A stretch of 27,631 nt of DNA from IMG/VR virus record IMGVR_UViG_3300044513_000576, positions 1 to 27,631 of that record; one strand, 5' to 3'. Made by a program: the position numbers and the translations under genes. This DNA comes from a virus (Duplodnaviria; Caudoviricetes). Shown one piece after another: positions 17,647 to 27,134 of this stretch; position 1 is the first letter of the stretch, and each line of letters opens with the position of its first letter. A model generated the notes under the pieces. That model searched no databases. It worked only from the letters and a program-made list of their open reading frames with translations, and had not been told where the DNA came from.

Positions 17647-17876
17647 AGATTAGAATAGTTCATGAAGATTGTGATCCAACCGCAGCGCAAGACAGAAGTC
17701 TTCCTCACACTGCGTACCTAGTAGCTTATGAGGATGATGGCATAGTCAAATATGATATTGCCATCTCCTCTAAGAAAGTGGAAATCTTTGACCACTACTG
17801 GGACAAGTATCGCAGTGTTGTTTCCATGAAGCAAACAGAAGGCAGGGTGAATCCTAAGCTTTGGTCACCTAAATAA
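17643..17876 (+). CDS. Hypothetical protein
   Basis: GTG start overlapping the regA stop; CDP......LP..AYLV.Y...D.YWDKY......EGR.NPKLW. Confidence 0.75.
   Translation: MKIRIVHEDCDPTAAQDRSLPHTAYLVAYEDDGIVKYDIAISSKKVEIFDHYWDKYRSVVSMKQTEGRVNPKLWSPK
17870..17875 (+). promoter_or_regulatory. T4-type late promoter
   Basis: CTAAATA directly before the structured non-coding segment. Confidence 0.6.
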
Positions 17877-17879
17877 TTC

Positions 17880-17956
17880 TGTCGCTTTTCGTGCGCGACA
17901 CGCTACATACGGAATATACGCTACTTTTGTGGGGGTTTCACGACCCCCACTTTTTT
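17880..17956 (+). ncRNA. Candidate small non-coding RNA
   Basis: Late promoter, then hairpin TGTCGC/GCGACA, two ACGCTAC repeats and an intrinsic terminator; no ATG-initiated ORF. Confidence 0.5.
17929..17956 (+). terminator. Rho-independent terminator
   Basis: GTGGGGGT-TTCACG-ACCCCCAC followed by TTTTTT. Confidence 0.88.
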
Positions 17957-17973
17957 GTCTTTTTTGATATATA

Positions 17974-18031
17974 ATTGTGGATGCCGTAAGGGTCCTCACA
18001 ATCTAGTCTCGCTTTTAAAGGAGAAGTACAA
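17974..18031 (+). promoter_or_regulatory. Structured hsp20 5' UTR with a ROSE-like SD-sequestering hairpin
   Basis: TATAAT at 17970-17975; GNRA-capped hairpin (CC-GTAA-GG); TCTC-G-CTT/AAGGAGA stem containing UCGCU opposite the SD. Confidence 0.55.
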
Positions 18032-18478
18032 ATGGACATTACCAAATGGACATCGAAGGATGTCGATAAAATTTTTGATGCTGTAAACAGATACAGTGTC
18101 GGATTGGACGATGTGATTTACAGACTGTATTCATATGGTCACAATCACCCAGGAGGTCAATACCCACCCTACAATATCGTGAAAGAATCGAATGTTAAGT
18201 GGCGTATTGAGATGGCACTTGCTGGTTGGGATAAGGATGAGATTGAAGTCACGTTGGAGACAAACGTCCTACTAATCAGTTCCAAGGCAGCGAAGGACAC
18301 CAAGGAAGAGGAGTACATGCACCGTGGTGTTGCGACGAGAACCTTCGCTAGAGGATTCAACTTATCTGATGATGTTGAAGTTAGTGAAGTTACATTCAGA
18401 AATGGATTGTTAACGATCAATCTTCAAAAGGTTATTCCAGAACATCAACAGCTTAAGGTCTTTGAAATCAAATCCTAA
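18032..18478 (+). CDS. hsp20: Small heat shock protein Hsp20 (IbpA-like)
   Basis: YPPYNI...IEMALAG...Y.HRG.A.R.F.R.F.L......NGLL.I.L....PE alpha-crystallin motifs. Confidence 0.95.
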   Translation: MDITKWTSKDVDKIFDAVNRYSVGLDDVIYRLYSYGHNHPGGQYPPYNIVKESNVKWRIEMALAGWDKDEIEVTLETNVLLISSKAAKDTKEEEYMHRGVATRTFARGFNLSDDVEVSEVTFRNGLLTINLQKVIPEHQQLKVFEIKS

Positions 18479-18487
18479 ATAATCGCT

Positions 18488-18517
18488 GGGTCCTTGACAA
18501 AGGTCAGGGACCCTTTT
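18488..18517 (+). terminator. Hairpin/terminator after hsp20
   Basis: GGGTCCTTGAC-AAAG-GTCAGGGACCC followed by TTTT. Confidence 0.65.
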
Positions 18518-18522
18518 ATAAT
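18494..18522 (+). promoter_or_regulatory. Perfect-consensus sigma70 promoter driving the Sm-like/g43/uvsX/g41 operon
   Basis: TTGACA (18494-18499), 17 nt, TATAAT (18517-18522). Confidence 0.85.
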
Positions 18523-18544
18523 AGTAAGTAAAAGTATTCTCAAC

Positions 18545-18880
18545 ATGGTAAATTCGGAAAGAGTAAAAGTTGTCGTTCTGATGGACGGAACTAACGTGAT
18601 TGCTGATGTTCAAGAGGCAGTTCATAAAGACACTGGTGAACGTCAAGCATGGGTTTTTAACTTCCCATATAAAGTAACCTTCGATGATCCTAAACTTGAT
18701 GGTACTGGAATTGTTATGGATCCAGAGGTAAAGGTTCACTATCAACCCTGGTGCCCATTGACCTCGGATGTTCAAATGCCAATCAATACAAACTACGTTG
18801 TGACTATTCTCGAACCTGTTCCAAGTCTTCGTGATACATACATCGAGAATGTTCGTAAGATGGGTGGTGAAGTGGAATGA
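18545..18880 (+). CDS. Hypothetical protein, Sm-like paralog 1
   Basis: VKVVVLMDGTNVIADV.E...PY.V...PW.PL......I....V.TI.EP...L...Y. Confidence 0.7.
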   Translation: MVNSERVKVVVLMDGTNVIADVQEAVHKDTGERQAWVFNFPYKVTFDDPKLDGTGIVMDPEVKVHYQPWCPLTSDVQMPINTNYVVTILEPVPSLRDTYIENVRKMGGEVE

Positions 18881-19347
18881 GTGTAAAACTTTTGCTATTG
18901 AAATCTGGTGAAGAGGTCATTACAGAAGTAAAAGAGATGTATGATCCTGATACCAATCAACCGATTGGGTATCACATGCACAAACCATTTCGTTTAGAGA
19001 TTGTATCTGATGTTGATGGTGGCATTGTTTTTAACCGAGAGCAAGGATACCAGTTGCATTGGTTCCCTTGGGCACCACTGAGTAAAGACAAAGACTTTTT
19101 TCTTCCTGGTCATCACGTCCTCACTGCATATGATCCGCTAGATAGTGTTGCACAACAATACCTATCTGCAGTGCAAGAGGAAAACTATATGAAGAACTTC
19201 AAAGAGCATGAAGCGATGATTGCTGGAGAAGTTGGTGATTTAGATATGGAAAAAATGTTTGAAGAAGCAGAGAAAATTTTGGAGGATGACGATGGAAGTG
19301 ATGTTAGTGATTCTGAGATCGGGGATGACCCTGATCAGCAAGGTTGA
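18877..19347 (+). CDS. Hypothetical protein, Sm-like paralog 2 with acidic tail
   Basis: VKLLLLKSGEEVITEVKE...KPF...PWAPLSKD..F......VLT.YDP......Y. Confidence 0.75.
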   Translation: MSVKLLLLKSGEEVITEVKEMYDPDTNQPIGYHMHKPFRLEIVSDVDGGIVFNREQGYQLHWFPWAPLSKDKDFFLPGHHVLTAYDPLDSVAQQYLSAVQEENYMKNFKEHEAMIAGEVGDLDMEKMFEEAEKILEDDDGSDVSDSEIGDDPDQQG

Positions 19348-19531
19348 GCAGTTAGAGGAAGAACCCTCCTGCCATCTACAAGAACCCTATCTGGTCAATG
19401 CTGATGGTACGCTGCAACCTTGGCCACTTCACACAGTGGACAAGGATATCTTGCTTTATTCCGAGACGCTTGCTACAATAGTAGAACCCACGGAGGAGAT
19501 CCGTGCCAAATACGAGCAAGTGACTAAATGA
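19292..19531 (+). CDS. Hypothetical protein, Sm-like paralog 3
   Basis: LVILRSG..LISKVE...EPY......PW........L....L.TIVEP......Y; GGAGG SD upstream; coupled to g43. Confidence 0.7.
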   Translation: MEVMLVILRSGMTLISKVEQLEEEPSCHLQEPYLVNADGTLQPWPLHTVDKDILLYSETLATIVEPTEEIRAKYEQVTK

Positions 19532-22029
19532 GTTTTTATACCAATGTTCAACTGGTCGGTGACGACCTTCTCTACCTTGGATATGAAGAGGGACCTGGCG
19601 GTCTGCTTGAGCGTATCCAACGGAAGATGAAGTTCTCACCGACTCTTTTTGTCGTCACTGATAAAGAGACTAAGTTTAAAACTCTTGATGGTCGGTATGC
19701 CAAACCGATCAAGTTTGAATCCGTTCGTGAGGCACGAGGTTTCGTTGATAAGTATCGTGACGTAGAAGGATTTGATGTCCATGGATATGATCGTTACCTC
19801 TACCAATATATCTCCGAGGAGTTCCCTGGGGAAGTTGACTATAATCTTAAGACGCTTAAGATTACGTCTTTGGATATTGAAGTTGCGTGTGAAAATGGTT
19901 TTCCTAACGTGCATGAGTGCGCGGAACCGCTTCTATCGATTACAGTCCAAGACTATGCTTCGAAGCGGATTAAGGTATGGGGCACTAGACCCTATGACAC
20001 GGATCGCAAGGACGTTGAATATAACTGCTGCGACGATGAAGAACATCTACTTCGTTCTTTTCTGGCTTATTGGCAGACTGCATTCCCAGATGTTCTTACA
20101 GGGTGGAATGTCGAGTTGTATGATATTCCTTACATTTGTGGACGTTTGGAACGTCTGTTTGGCGAGAAGGAGATGAAGCAGATCTCCCCTTGGGGCATTG
20201 TCCACAGGGAGGAGATGGAGATCAAGGGTCGCCAGCAGATCATCTACAACATGTACGGCATCAACGTGCTGGACTATCTTGATCTGTATAAGAAGTTTAC
20301 TTATACAAACCAAGAATCTTATCGCCTTGACCACATCGCCTTTGTAGAACTCGGGCAGAACAAGTTGGATCACAGTGAGTTTGAGAACTTCAAGGAGTTC
20401 TACACTCGTGACTGGCAGAAGTTCATTGACTACAACATCAAGGACGTGGAACTCGTGCTGCGCCTTGAGGAGAAGATGAAGTTGATTGACCTTGCCATTG
20501 CCCTGGCATATGACGCTAAGGTCAACATGAAGGATGTGTACTTCCAGGTGCGCATGTGGGATACTTTGATCTACAACTTCCTCAGGGACAAGAACATTGT
20601 TGTCCCCCCTGCAAAACGCAGCAGCAAGAACGAGAAGTATGCTGGTGCTTATGTGAAAGAACCTGTTCCAGGTAGGTACGACTGGGTGGTCTCATTTGAC
20701 CTTAACTCTCTGTACCCCCACCTCATCATGCAGTACAACATCTCGCCTGAGACCTTGCACTACAAGCGACACCCTACTGCCACTGTTGAACGTGTGCTGG
20801 CACAGATCGATTCTCCTGATCCAGACTACTGCCTCTGTGCCAATGGATCACAGTACCGCAAGGACGTTCATGGTTTCCTGCCTCAGATGATGCAGAAGAT
20901 CTACGATGAACGTGTGCAGAGTAAGAAACTCATGCTGATGGCAAAGCAGGAGTATGAAAAGAATCCATCCGCAGAAGTGGAGAAGGCGATCTCCAAGTAC
21001 AACAACATTCAGATGGCACGTAAGATCCAACTGAACTCTGCTTATGGTGCCATCGGCAACCAATACTTTCGCTACTATAACCTCGCTAACGCCGAGGCAA
21101 TCACCTTGTCTGGTCAGGTGTCGATCCGCTGGATCGAAAACAAAATGAACCAGTACCTAAACAATTTACTTAAAACGGAAGGTAAGGATTATGTTATTGC
21201 CAGTGATACTGACAGCATCTATCTCTGTCTTGATCTACTCGTTAATCGCGTATTTGATGTACAGGATGTTCCTACAGAGAGGATTGTCAAGTTTCTCGAT
21301 GATGCCTGTCAAAATCAAATCGAACCCTACATCACAAAATCGTACCAGGAGTTAGCAGAGTACGCCAACGCTTACGATCAGAAGATGTTCATGAAGCGAG
21401 AGAACATCGCTTCCAGCGGCATCTGGACTGCCAAGAAACGCTACATCCTGAATGTCTGGGACAGTGAGGGTGTCCGCTACAAGGAACCCAAACTCAAGAT
21501 GATGGGTATTGAAGCAGTCAAGTCTTCTACACCTGCTCCCTGCCGCAAGGCAATTAAGGAAGCCCTGACAATTATTATGTCGAAAACTGAAGAAGACCTG
21601 ATTGCTTACATAGATAGATTCAGGGATGAATTCAATTCGTTACCGCCCGAAGATATAGCGTTTCCGAGGTCGGTCAATGGATTATCAAAGTTCAGATCGC
21701 AATCTACCGTGTATTCAAAGGGGTGCCCTATACATGTTCGTGGCGCGTTGCTATATAATTTTCATGTCGCTAAAAAGAAACTTGAATACAAATATCCACT
21801 GATTCAAGAGGGAGAGAAGATCAAGTTTCTACACCTGCGTACCCCAAACAAAATCAATGAGAATGTAATCTCATTCCTTAATACGTTCCCAACTGAACTG
21901 GAGTTGGGAAGGAGTATCAACTTCGATACTCAATTCCAGAAAGCCTTCCTTGATCCTTTACAGATCATTCTTGACGTGATAGGATGGAAGACGGAGAAAG
22001 TGTCCAATCTTGAGTTTTTATTTGCATGA
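19528..22029 (+). CDS. g43: Family B DNA polymerase gp43
   Basis: Exonuclease LDIE, GWN...YD and YN..DV motifs; polymerase [10 protein letters not shown]...NS.YG, SDTDS and KKRY motifs. Confidence 0.98.
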   Translation: MSFYTNVQLVGDDLLYLGYEEGPGGLLERIQRKMKFSPTLFVVTDKETKFKTLDGRYAKPIKFESVREARGFVDKYRDVEGFDVHGYDRYLYQYISEEFPGEVDYNLKTLKITSLDIEVACENGFPNVHECAEPLLSITVQDYASKRIKVWGTRPYDTDRKDVEYNCCDDEEHLLRSFLAYWQTAFPDVLTGWNVELYDIPYICGRLERLFGEKEMKQISPWGIVHREEMEIKGRQQIIYNMYGINVLDYLDLYKKFTYTNQESYRLDHIAFVELGQNKLDHSEFENFKEFYTRDWQKFIDYNIKDVELVLRLEEKMKLIDLAIALAYDAKVNMKDVYFQVRMWDTLIYNFLRDKNIVVPPAKRSSKNEKYAGAYVKEPVPGRYDWVVSFDLNSLYPHLIMQYNISPETLHYKRHPTATVERVLAQIDSPDPDYCLCANGSQYRKDVHGFLPQMMQKIYDERVQSKKLMLMAKQEYEKNPSAEVEKAISKYNNIQMARKIQLNSAYGAIGNQYFRYYNLANAEAITLSGQVSIRWIENKMNQYLNNLLKTEGKDYVIASDTDSIYLCLDLLVNRVFDVQDVPTERIVKFLDDACQNQIEPYITKSYQELAEYANAYDQKMFMKRENIASSGIWTAKKRYILNVWDSEGVRYKEPKLKMMGIEAVKSSTPAPCRKAIKEALTIIMSKTEEDLIAYIDRFRDEFNSLPPEDIAFPRSVNGLSKFRSQSTVYSKGCPIHVRGALLYNFHVAKKKLEYKYPLIQEGEKIKFLHLRTPNKINENVISFLNTFPTELELGRSINFDTQFQKAFLDPLQIILDVIGWKTEKVSNLEFLFA

Positions 22030-23045
22030 ATTTTCTACAGGAAGTTGTTAAAGAAATTGGTAATGATTATGCAGGACTCCTATCGGAAGGATCGGTCGGT
22101 GACATTGGTGGATATGTGGACAGCGGTTCTTACATTTTCAATGCCCTGGTTAGCGGCTCTATTTTTGGGGGGATACCTTCCAACAAAATCACTGCCATCG
22201 CTGGAGAATCCTCCACAGGTAAGACATTCTTCTGCCTGGGCATGGTACAAAGTTTCCTTGCCAATGACCCAGAGGCAGGGGTAATCTATTTTGAGAGTGA
22301 GTCTGCAATCTCAAAAGGAATGATCGAGGAACGTGGTATTGACAGCAGTCGTATGATGTTGGTTCCTGTCACCACTGTCCAGGAGTTCCGCACCCAAGCA
22401 ATCAAGATCCTTGATAAGTATCTTGAGCAAAAGAAAGAGGATCGTAAACCTCTGATGTTTGTCTTGGACTCTCTCGGTATGCTTTCTACCACTAAAGAAC
22501 TGAAAGATTCTGCTGATGGTAGCGAGACTAAAGACATGACTCGTGCTCAGGTTGTCAAGGCAATCTTCCGAGTGCTGACTCTTAAGTTGGGTAAGGCAGG
22601 TGTGCCTCTGGTTGTGACTAACCACACCTATGATGTTGTTGGTGCTTACGTTCCCACCAAAGAGATGGGTGGTGGTAGCGGTTTGAAATATGCTGCTAGT
22701 ACAATCATTTATCTTTCTAAGTCGAAGGAGCGTGACAGCAACAAGGAGATTGTTGGTAACATCATCAAAGCAACTGCAGCGAAGTCCCGTCTCACTAAGG
22801 AAAACTCTAAGGTAGAAACGAGGTTGTTCTATGACGCAAGGGGACTTGATAAGTATTATGGATTACTGGAGTTGGGTGAGAAGTACGGAGTATTTACCCG
22901 CAAGGGGAATCGTATCGTTGTTGACGAATCCTCTGTTTATCCTTCTGTTATTCTGGCTAATCCCGAGAAATACTTCACCCCCGAAGTGATGGAGAAACTT
23001 GACTGGGCAGCAAGTCAGGAGTTTAAGTATGGTGCTGAGGGATGA
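22026..23045 (+). CDS. uvsX: RecA-like recombinase UvsX
   Basis: [35 protein letters not shown]. Confidence 0.95.
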   Translation: MNFLQEVVKEIGNDYAGLLSEGSVGDIGGYVDSGSYIFNALVSGSIFGGIPSNKITAIAGESSTGKTFFCLGMVQSFLANDPEAGVIYFESESAISKGMIEERGIDSSRMMLVPVTTVQEFRTQAIKILDKYLEQKKEDRKPLMFVLDSLGMLSTTKELKDSADGSETKDMTRAQVVKAIFRVLTLKLGKAGVPLVVTNHTYDVVGAYVPTKEMGGGSGLKYAASTIIYLSKSKERDSNKEIVGNIIKATAAKSRLTKENSKVETRLFYDARGLDKYYGLLELGEKYGVFTRKGNRIVVDESSVYPSVILANPEKYFTPEVMEKLDWAASQEFKYGAEG

Positions 23046-23599
23046 AAACAGATCTATTCCCCTCCACTCTTTCTAAGTATTATCTGGAGTATGACGAGGA
23101 GCAAAAGCAATCTATTCTGGACTTATATGCTAAGCATAAGTTTGAAGTAGATAAACCTTTTATCTTCGCTAACGATGAAGTCAGAGAGTTGTTAAGTAAT
23201 TACTCTGAGATCATTGTTGATCATCTAGATAGTATGTCTCATGATGGGAGTGCAACAATAACAGATGTACGTTTGGTTGTTCTTGGTCCTGGTGATAGCG
23301 TTGATAGAGATTGTCACCTTCCTGGGCATTATACTGCGGTCCATTACATAAAATATGAAGAAGGTCAGCACAATGCTGACATCTACTTCAATCCCTCCTA
23401 TGATGTGCTAAGATTCTTAGGGAGGAACACTGACCTAGTTGCAGGTCTCTGGGTCAAAGAGGGTGATGTTATCATCTATCCTTCCTACCTACATACATCT
23501 TCTCCAAAGAATACTTCTAAGGAGGAGAGAATCACCTTGATGTTTACCTTTGTTGTCGATGAGCGTAGAGAACCTAGTCCTGAAGAATCTCCTGAATGA
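23042..23599 (+). CDS. 2OG-Fe(II) oxygenase-like protein (TIGR02466-type), atypical metal motif
   Basis: DLFPS...; AVHY; [11 protein letters not shown].....N.S..RIT..F; the usual HxH is replaced by DCH. Confidence 0.65.
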   Translation: MKTDLFPSTLSKYYLEYDEEQKQSILDLYAKHKFEVDKPFIFANDEVRELLSNYSEIIVDHLDSMSHDGSATITDVRLVVLGPGDSVDRDCHLPGHYTAVHYIKYEEGQHNADIYFNPSYDVLRFLGRNTDLVAGLWVKEGDVIIYPSYLHTSSPKNTSKEERITLMFTFVVDERREPSPEESPE

Positions 23600-24932
23600 T
23601 GAGGAGTATGTAAGGAAGACTCTACCTTTCATCAAGTCGGAGTATTTTGCTGACTCTGGGGAGAGAAACCTCTTCCAGATCATATCGAAGTATTTTTCTG
23701 ATTACAATGTATCCCCCTCTAAAGAGGCACTGGAGATTGAAGCAGGTAATCTCTCGAACATCTCCGATGATCAGTACAAGGGATTGCTTGAGTACATTAA
23801 AAACATCGATGACGAAAAATCTGATCTGCAATGGGCACTAGACACCACAGAGAAGTGGTGTAAGGAGAGGGCAATCTATCTTGCTCTCATGGAGTCCATC
23901 AAGATTGCAGATGGGAACAACAGTGAGCGTGGTCCAGAAGCAATCCCAAGCATCCTTAGTGATGCTCTTGCAGTGTCTTTTGACAATCACATCGGTCACG
24001 ATTATCTCGAAGATTTTGAGGAGCGATATGATAGTTACCATAGGGTAGACTCTAAGATTCCCTTTGACATTGAGATGCTCAATAAGATTACCAAGGGTGG
24101 ACTTGTCAACAAGTCACTTAACATTGCTCTGGCAGGCACGGGTGTTGGTAAGTCTTTGTTCATGTGTCACGTTGCTTCCTCCTGTTTGATGCAGGGGCAC
24201 AATGTTCTGTACATCACCATGGAGATGGCAGAAGAAAAGATTGCTGAACGTATTGACGCTAACCTTCTGAACGTCAATATCCAGGATCTCTCACAGTTGC
24301 CGAAGATGATGTTTGAGAACAAGGTAAATAGAATTGCTAAGAAGACTCAAGGCAAGTTGATTGTCAAAGAGTATCCAACTGCATCTGCTCATGTCGGACA
24401 TTTCCGTGCTCTTCTCAACGATCTGGCACTTAAGAAGTCATTCAAACCTGATATTATATTTGTGGACTATCTTAATATTTGTGCCTCTTCGCGTTACAAA
24501 GGGTCTGCCAATATTAATTCCTATACTCTTGTTAAATCAATTGCAGAGGAGCTTAGAGGGTTGGCTGTCGAAGCCCAGGTCCCTATCGTATCTGCCACCC
24601 AGACCACTCGTTCTGGTTATGGTAGCAGTGACGTTGACCTTACTGACACTTCTGAGTCCTTTGGTCTCCCTGCTACTGCTGATCTTATGCTTGCCCTTAT
24701 TTCAACGGAAGAGTTGGAACAAATGGGACAGATTATGGTGAAGCAGCTCAAGAACAGGTACAACGATCCCACGGTCAACAAAAGGTTTGTTGTGGGTATT
24801 GACAGAGCGAAGATGAGGTTGTATGATTGTGAACAGTCTGCTCAGAAGAACATTGTTGACTCTGGACAAGACTTTGAAGAGGACCTTAACCCAACTGACA
24901 TTTTAAAAAAGTTTACAGGATTTAAAGTATGA
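23559..24932 (+). CDS. g41: Replicative DnaB-like helicase gp41
   Basis: AGTGVGKS, ITMEM.EE.I.ERIDAN, IVKEYPT, VDYLNI, SATQTTR, SESFGLP, QLKNRY. Confidence 0.97.
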   Translation: MSVENLVLKNLLNDEEYVRKTLPFIKSEYFADSGERNLFQIISKYFSDYNVSPSKEALEIEAGNLSNISDDQYKGLLEYIKNIDDEKSDLQWALDTTEKWCKERAIYLALMESIKIADGNNSERGPEAIPSILSDALAVSFDNHIGHDYLEDFEERYDSYHRVDSKIPFDIEMLNKITKGGLVNKSLNIALAGTGVGKSLFMCHVASSCLMQGHNVLYITMEMAEEKIAERIDANLLNVNIQDLSQLPKMMFENKVNRIAKKTQGKLIVKEYPTASAHVGHFRALLNDLALKKSFKPDIIFVDYLNICASSRYKGSANINSYTLVKSIAEELRGLAVEAQVPIVSATQTTRSGYGSSDVDLTDTSESFGLPATADLMLALISTEELEQMGQIMVKQLKNRYNDPTVNKRFVVGIDRAKMRLYDCEQSAQKNIVDSGQDFEEDLNPTDILKKFTGFKV

Positions 24933-26437
24933 CGGTGGAACCCATGAAGTTAACCATCGTTGGTGGAGGAACTGCTGGGTGGTTTACTGCATTTTATATT
25001 TCTCAGATGAGAAAAAATATTCAAGTTACCATTGTAGATTCCTCTGATATTCCCAGTGTTGGAGTTGGTGAGGGAACAACTAGCAGAATTTTAGACGTTC
25101 TTTTAAGACCACAATTAGAAGTTAACCTTACTGAGTTTTTCAAAAAAACATTTGCCATACCAAAATTGGCAATTAAGTTTGAGAATTGGTCGGATAGAGG
25201 AGACTTCTATTCTCCTATTGGTCCATCTTTAACATCAGAAAACTATATTGATTACGCACCATATCTCTGTCACCTCAAAGGTATTGACATAGATGGATGT
25301 TACGAATCATCTTTTCTTGCAAAACGAGAAATGACCAATGTTTTCTTTGAAAAGGGTTCTCTGCATTTCTCAGACTTTACTCCAGCATTGCACGTAGATG
25401 CTGGTGCTCTTGTTTCGTATTTCAGACATCGTTGTTTTGATAATAATGTAACTCATGTAGATGCAAAAGTCGTATCCATAAACAAAAATGATAACACTAT
25501 AGTATCATTGAATCTGGAGTCTGGTAAAAAAGTTGAATCAGATTTTTATATTGATTGTTCTGGATTCTCTAAGGTTTTGATCAGTGAGATGGATGGATAT
25601 GAATGGGTAGATTATTCTAAACATCTTCCTGTAGATAGGGGTATGCCATTCACAATTGAAGAAACTAGAAAGACTAAAGAAAAGCACCCATATACAAAAG
25701 CAATTGCTATGAAGAATGGGTGGGTTTGGGAAATTTCTACTCAGAATAAAATTGGTAGAGGTTATGTGTTTTCTAGTAAGTTCGCATCAGAAGAAGAATG
25801 CATTGACGAACTCGAAAAATATTATAGAACTAGTGTAAACAAAGTAAAGTTAATTAAATTTTCTTCTGGTAGAGTAGAAAAATTTATTTCTGGTAACTGT
25901 TTATCTCTTGGTCTGTCTTCTGCTTTCTTAGAACCTTTGCAGGCTACAAGTTTACATTGTACACTGTTTCAACTTGATGAATTTTTATATACTTTTCTTA
26001 GAGATAATACAGTTCATCTAGATTTAGATTCAATTGAATGGTATAACTCTAAGTATGCTAAAATGTATGATGACATGAGAGATTTTATCTTTTGTCATTA
26101 TACAGGAGGTAAATCCTCTACGGAATTCTGGAACTATTTTAATGAAATTGATTACCCAGATATGGTAAAGAAAAAAATTCATTTCAATGATACCAGACTT
26201 CTTAGAGATTATGATTCTGATAGATATCATGGATATATTCATCCAGCACTGTGGATTCCAACTCTTTTGGGATTGGGTCATTCAAACCCCAAGACGATTA
26301 AAGAAGTAGTTTCTAGTGATATGGATATGCTTGATTTAAAAGAGCATGTATACTATAATGAAAGAAAACTTCTGAATAAAATCACTGACAGAAATTTAAC
26401 CACTGTCAGAACAATATGTAAAACTTTTTCCGATTGA
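24929..26437 (+). CDS. Flavin-dependent (tryptophan) halogenase-like protein, PrnA family
   Basis: IVGGGTAGW, VGVGEGT, catalytic-position K in PKLAIKFENW, IDCSGF, GWVWEI (WxWxI), FLEPLQAT. Confidence 0.85.
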   Translation: MTVEPMKLTIVGGGTAGWFTAFYISQMRKNIQVTIVDSSDIPSVGVGEGTTSRILDVLLRPQLEVNLTEFFKKTFAIPKLAIKFENWSDRGDFYSPIGPSLTSENYIDYAPYLCHLKGIDIDGCYESSFLAKREMTNVFFEKGSLHFSDFTPALHVDAGALVSYFRHRCFDNNVTHVDAKVVSINKNDNTIVSLNLESGKKVESDFYIDCSGFSKVLISEMDGYEWVDYSKHLPVDRGMPFTIEETRKTKEKHPYTKAIAMKNGWVWEISTQNKIGRGYVFSSKFASEEECIDELEKYYRTSVNKVKLIKFSSGRVEKFISGNCLSLGLSSAFLEPLQATSLHCTLFQLDEFLYTFLRDNTVHLDLDSIEWYNSKYAKMYDDMRDFIFCHYTGGKSSTEFWNYFNEIDYPDMVKKKIHFNDTRLLRDYDSDRYHGYIHPALWIPTLLGLGHSNPKTIKEVVSSDMDMLDLKEHVYYNERKLLNKITDRNLTTVRTICKTFSD

Positions 26438-26439
26438 CT

Positions 26440-26844
26440 ATGACTATTGATTTCTCTCGTTATGAGCATTTTGTAGACGAAGTAACCAGCGATGCTTCCA
26501 AAGATTTTGTTTACCTTGCTGATCGTCTTGTTGAACTGGATGCTAAGGGTGCCAATATTGAACGACTTCTCACTGCTGGCGTTGGCATCAATGCTGAGGG
26601 TGGTGAGTTTCTTGAGATCGTTAAGAAGATGGTATTCCAAGGTAAGCCTTGGAACGACGACAACCGAGAACATCTTATTATTGAGTTGGGTGATATTCTG
26701 TGGTACGTAGCGCAAGCAACCCAAGCACTTGGCGTTTCCTTTGAGGAAGTGATTGAGACCAACGTCAAGAAACTGGAGAAGCGTTATCCTGGTGGTGAGT
26801 TTGACATCCACTATTCTGAAAACCGTGCTGCTGATGATCGATGA
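26440..26844 (+). CDS. mazG: MazG-family nucleotide pyrophosphohydrolase
   Basis: G..AEGGEF.EIVKK..FQGK......HL..ELGDI.WY.......N..KL.KRYP. Confidence 0.92.
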   Translation: MTIDFSRYEHFVDEVTSDASKDFVYLADRLVELDAKGANIERLLTAGVGINAEGGEFLEIVKKMVFQGKPWNDDNREHLIIELGDILWYVAQATQALGVSFEEVIETNVKKLEKRYPGGEFDIHYSENRAADDR

Positions 26845-27134
26845 CTAAGTTTATTATGTTTACCAAGGACTCCTGTGGTCCTTGTGGATTAGTTAAAAGG
26901 TATATCAAAGCGTTGAAAGATGAACGCACTAGTGTTATCGAAGAAGTCTTTCTTGAGGACTTCAGTGATGTACCAATCCCCCAAGAGAATCTAGATCTCG
27001 CCAAGAAGTATGGTGTAACTGCTACTCCTGTTCTTGTCATTGCTGATGAAAATGGTGAGTTGCTAGAGACTTATACTGGCGGTATGGGTATCACTCAAAA
27101 CATCCGCAAGTTGTTTGATAAGTATGGCGTATAA
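26841..27134 (+). CDS. Thioredoxin/glutaredoxin-family protein
   Basis: CGPC active site; LA.KYGV..TP.L cis-Pro motif. Confidence 0.85.
   Translation: MTKFIMFTKDSCGPCGLVKRYIKALKDERTSVIEEVFLEDFSDVPIPQENLDLAKKYGVTATPVLVIADENGELLETYTGGMGITQNIRKLFDKYGV

Noticed and set aside
17880-17956. tRNA or mini-CRISPR interpretation of the structured intergenic segment
   Set aside because: No cloverleaf or T-loop consensus, and the repeats are only 7 nt in two copies; no tRNA or CRISPR array was seen anywhere in the window
18494-18544. TTG start at 18494 given by the ORF track (also extended starts at 2685, 11721, 13794, 14485)
   Set aside because: These fall in promoter elements or upstream genes; downstream ATGs match the expected protein N-termini
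19528-24932. Introns or inteins in g43, uvsX or g41
   Set aside because: The ORFs are continuous and of normal length, with no intein-sized insertions
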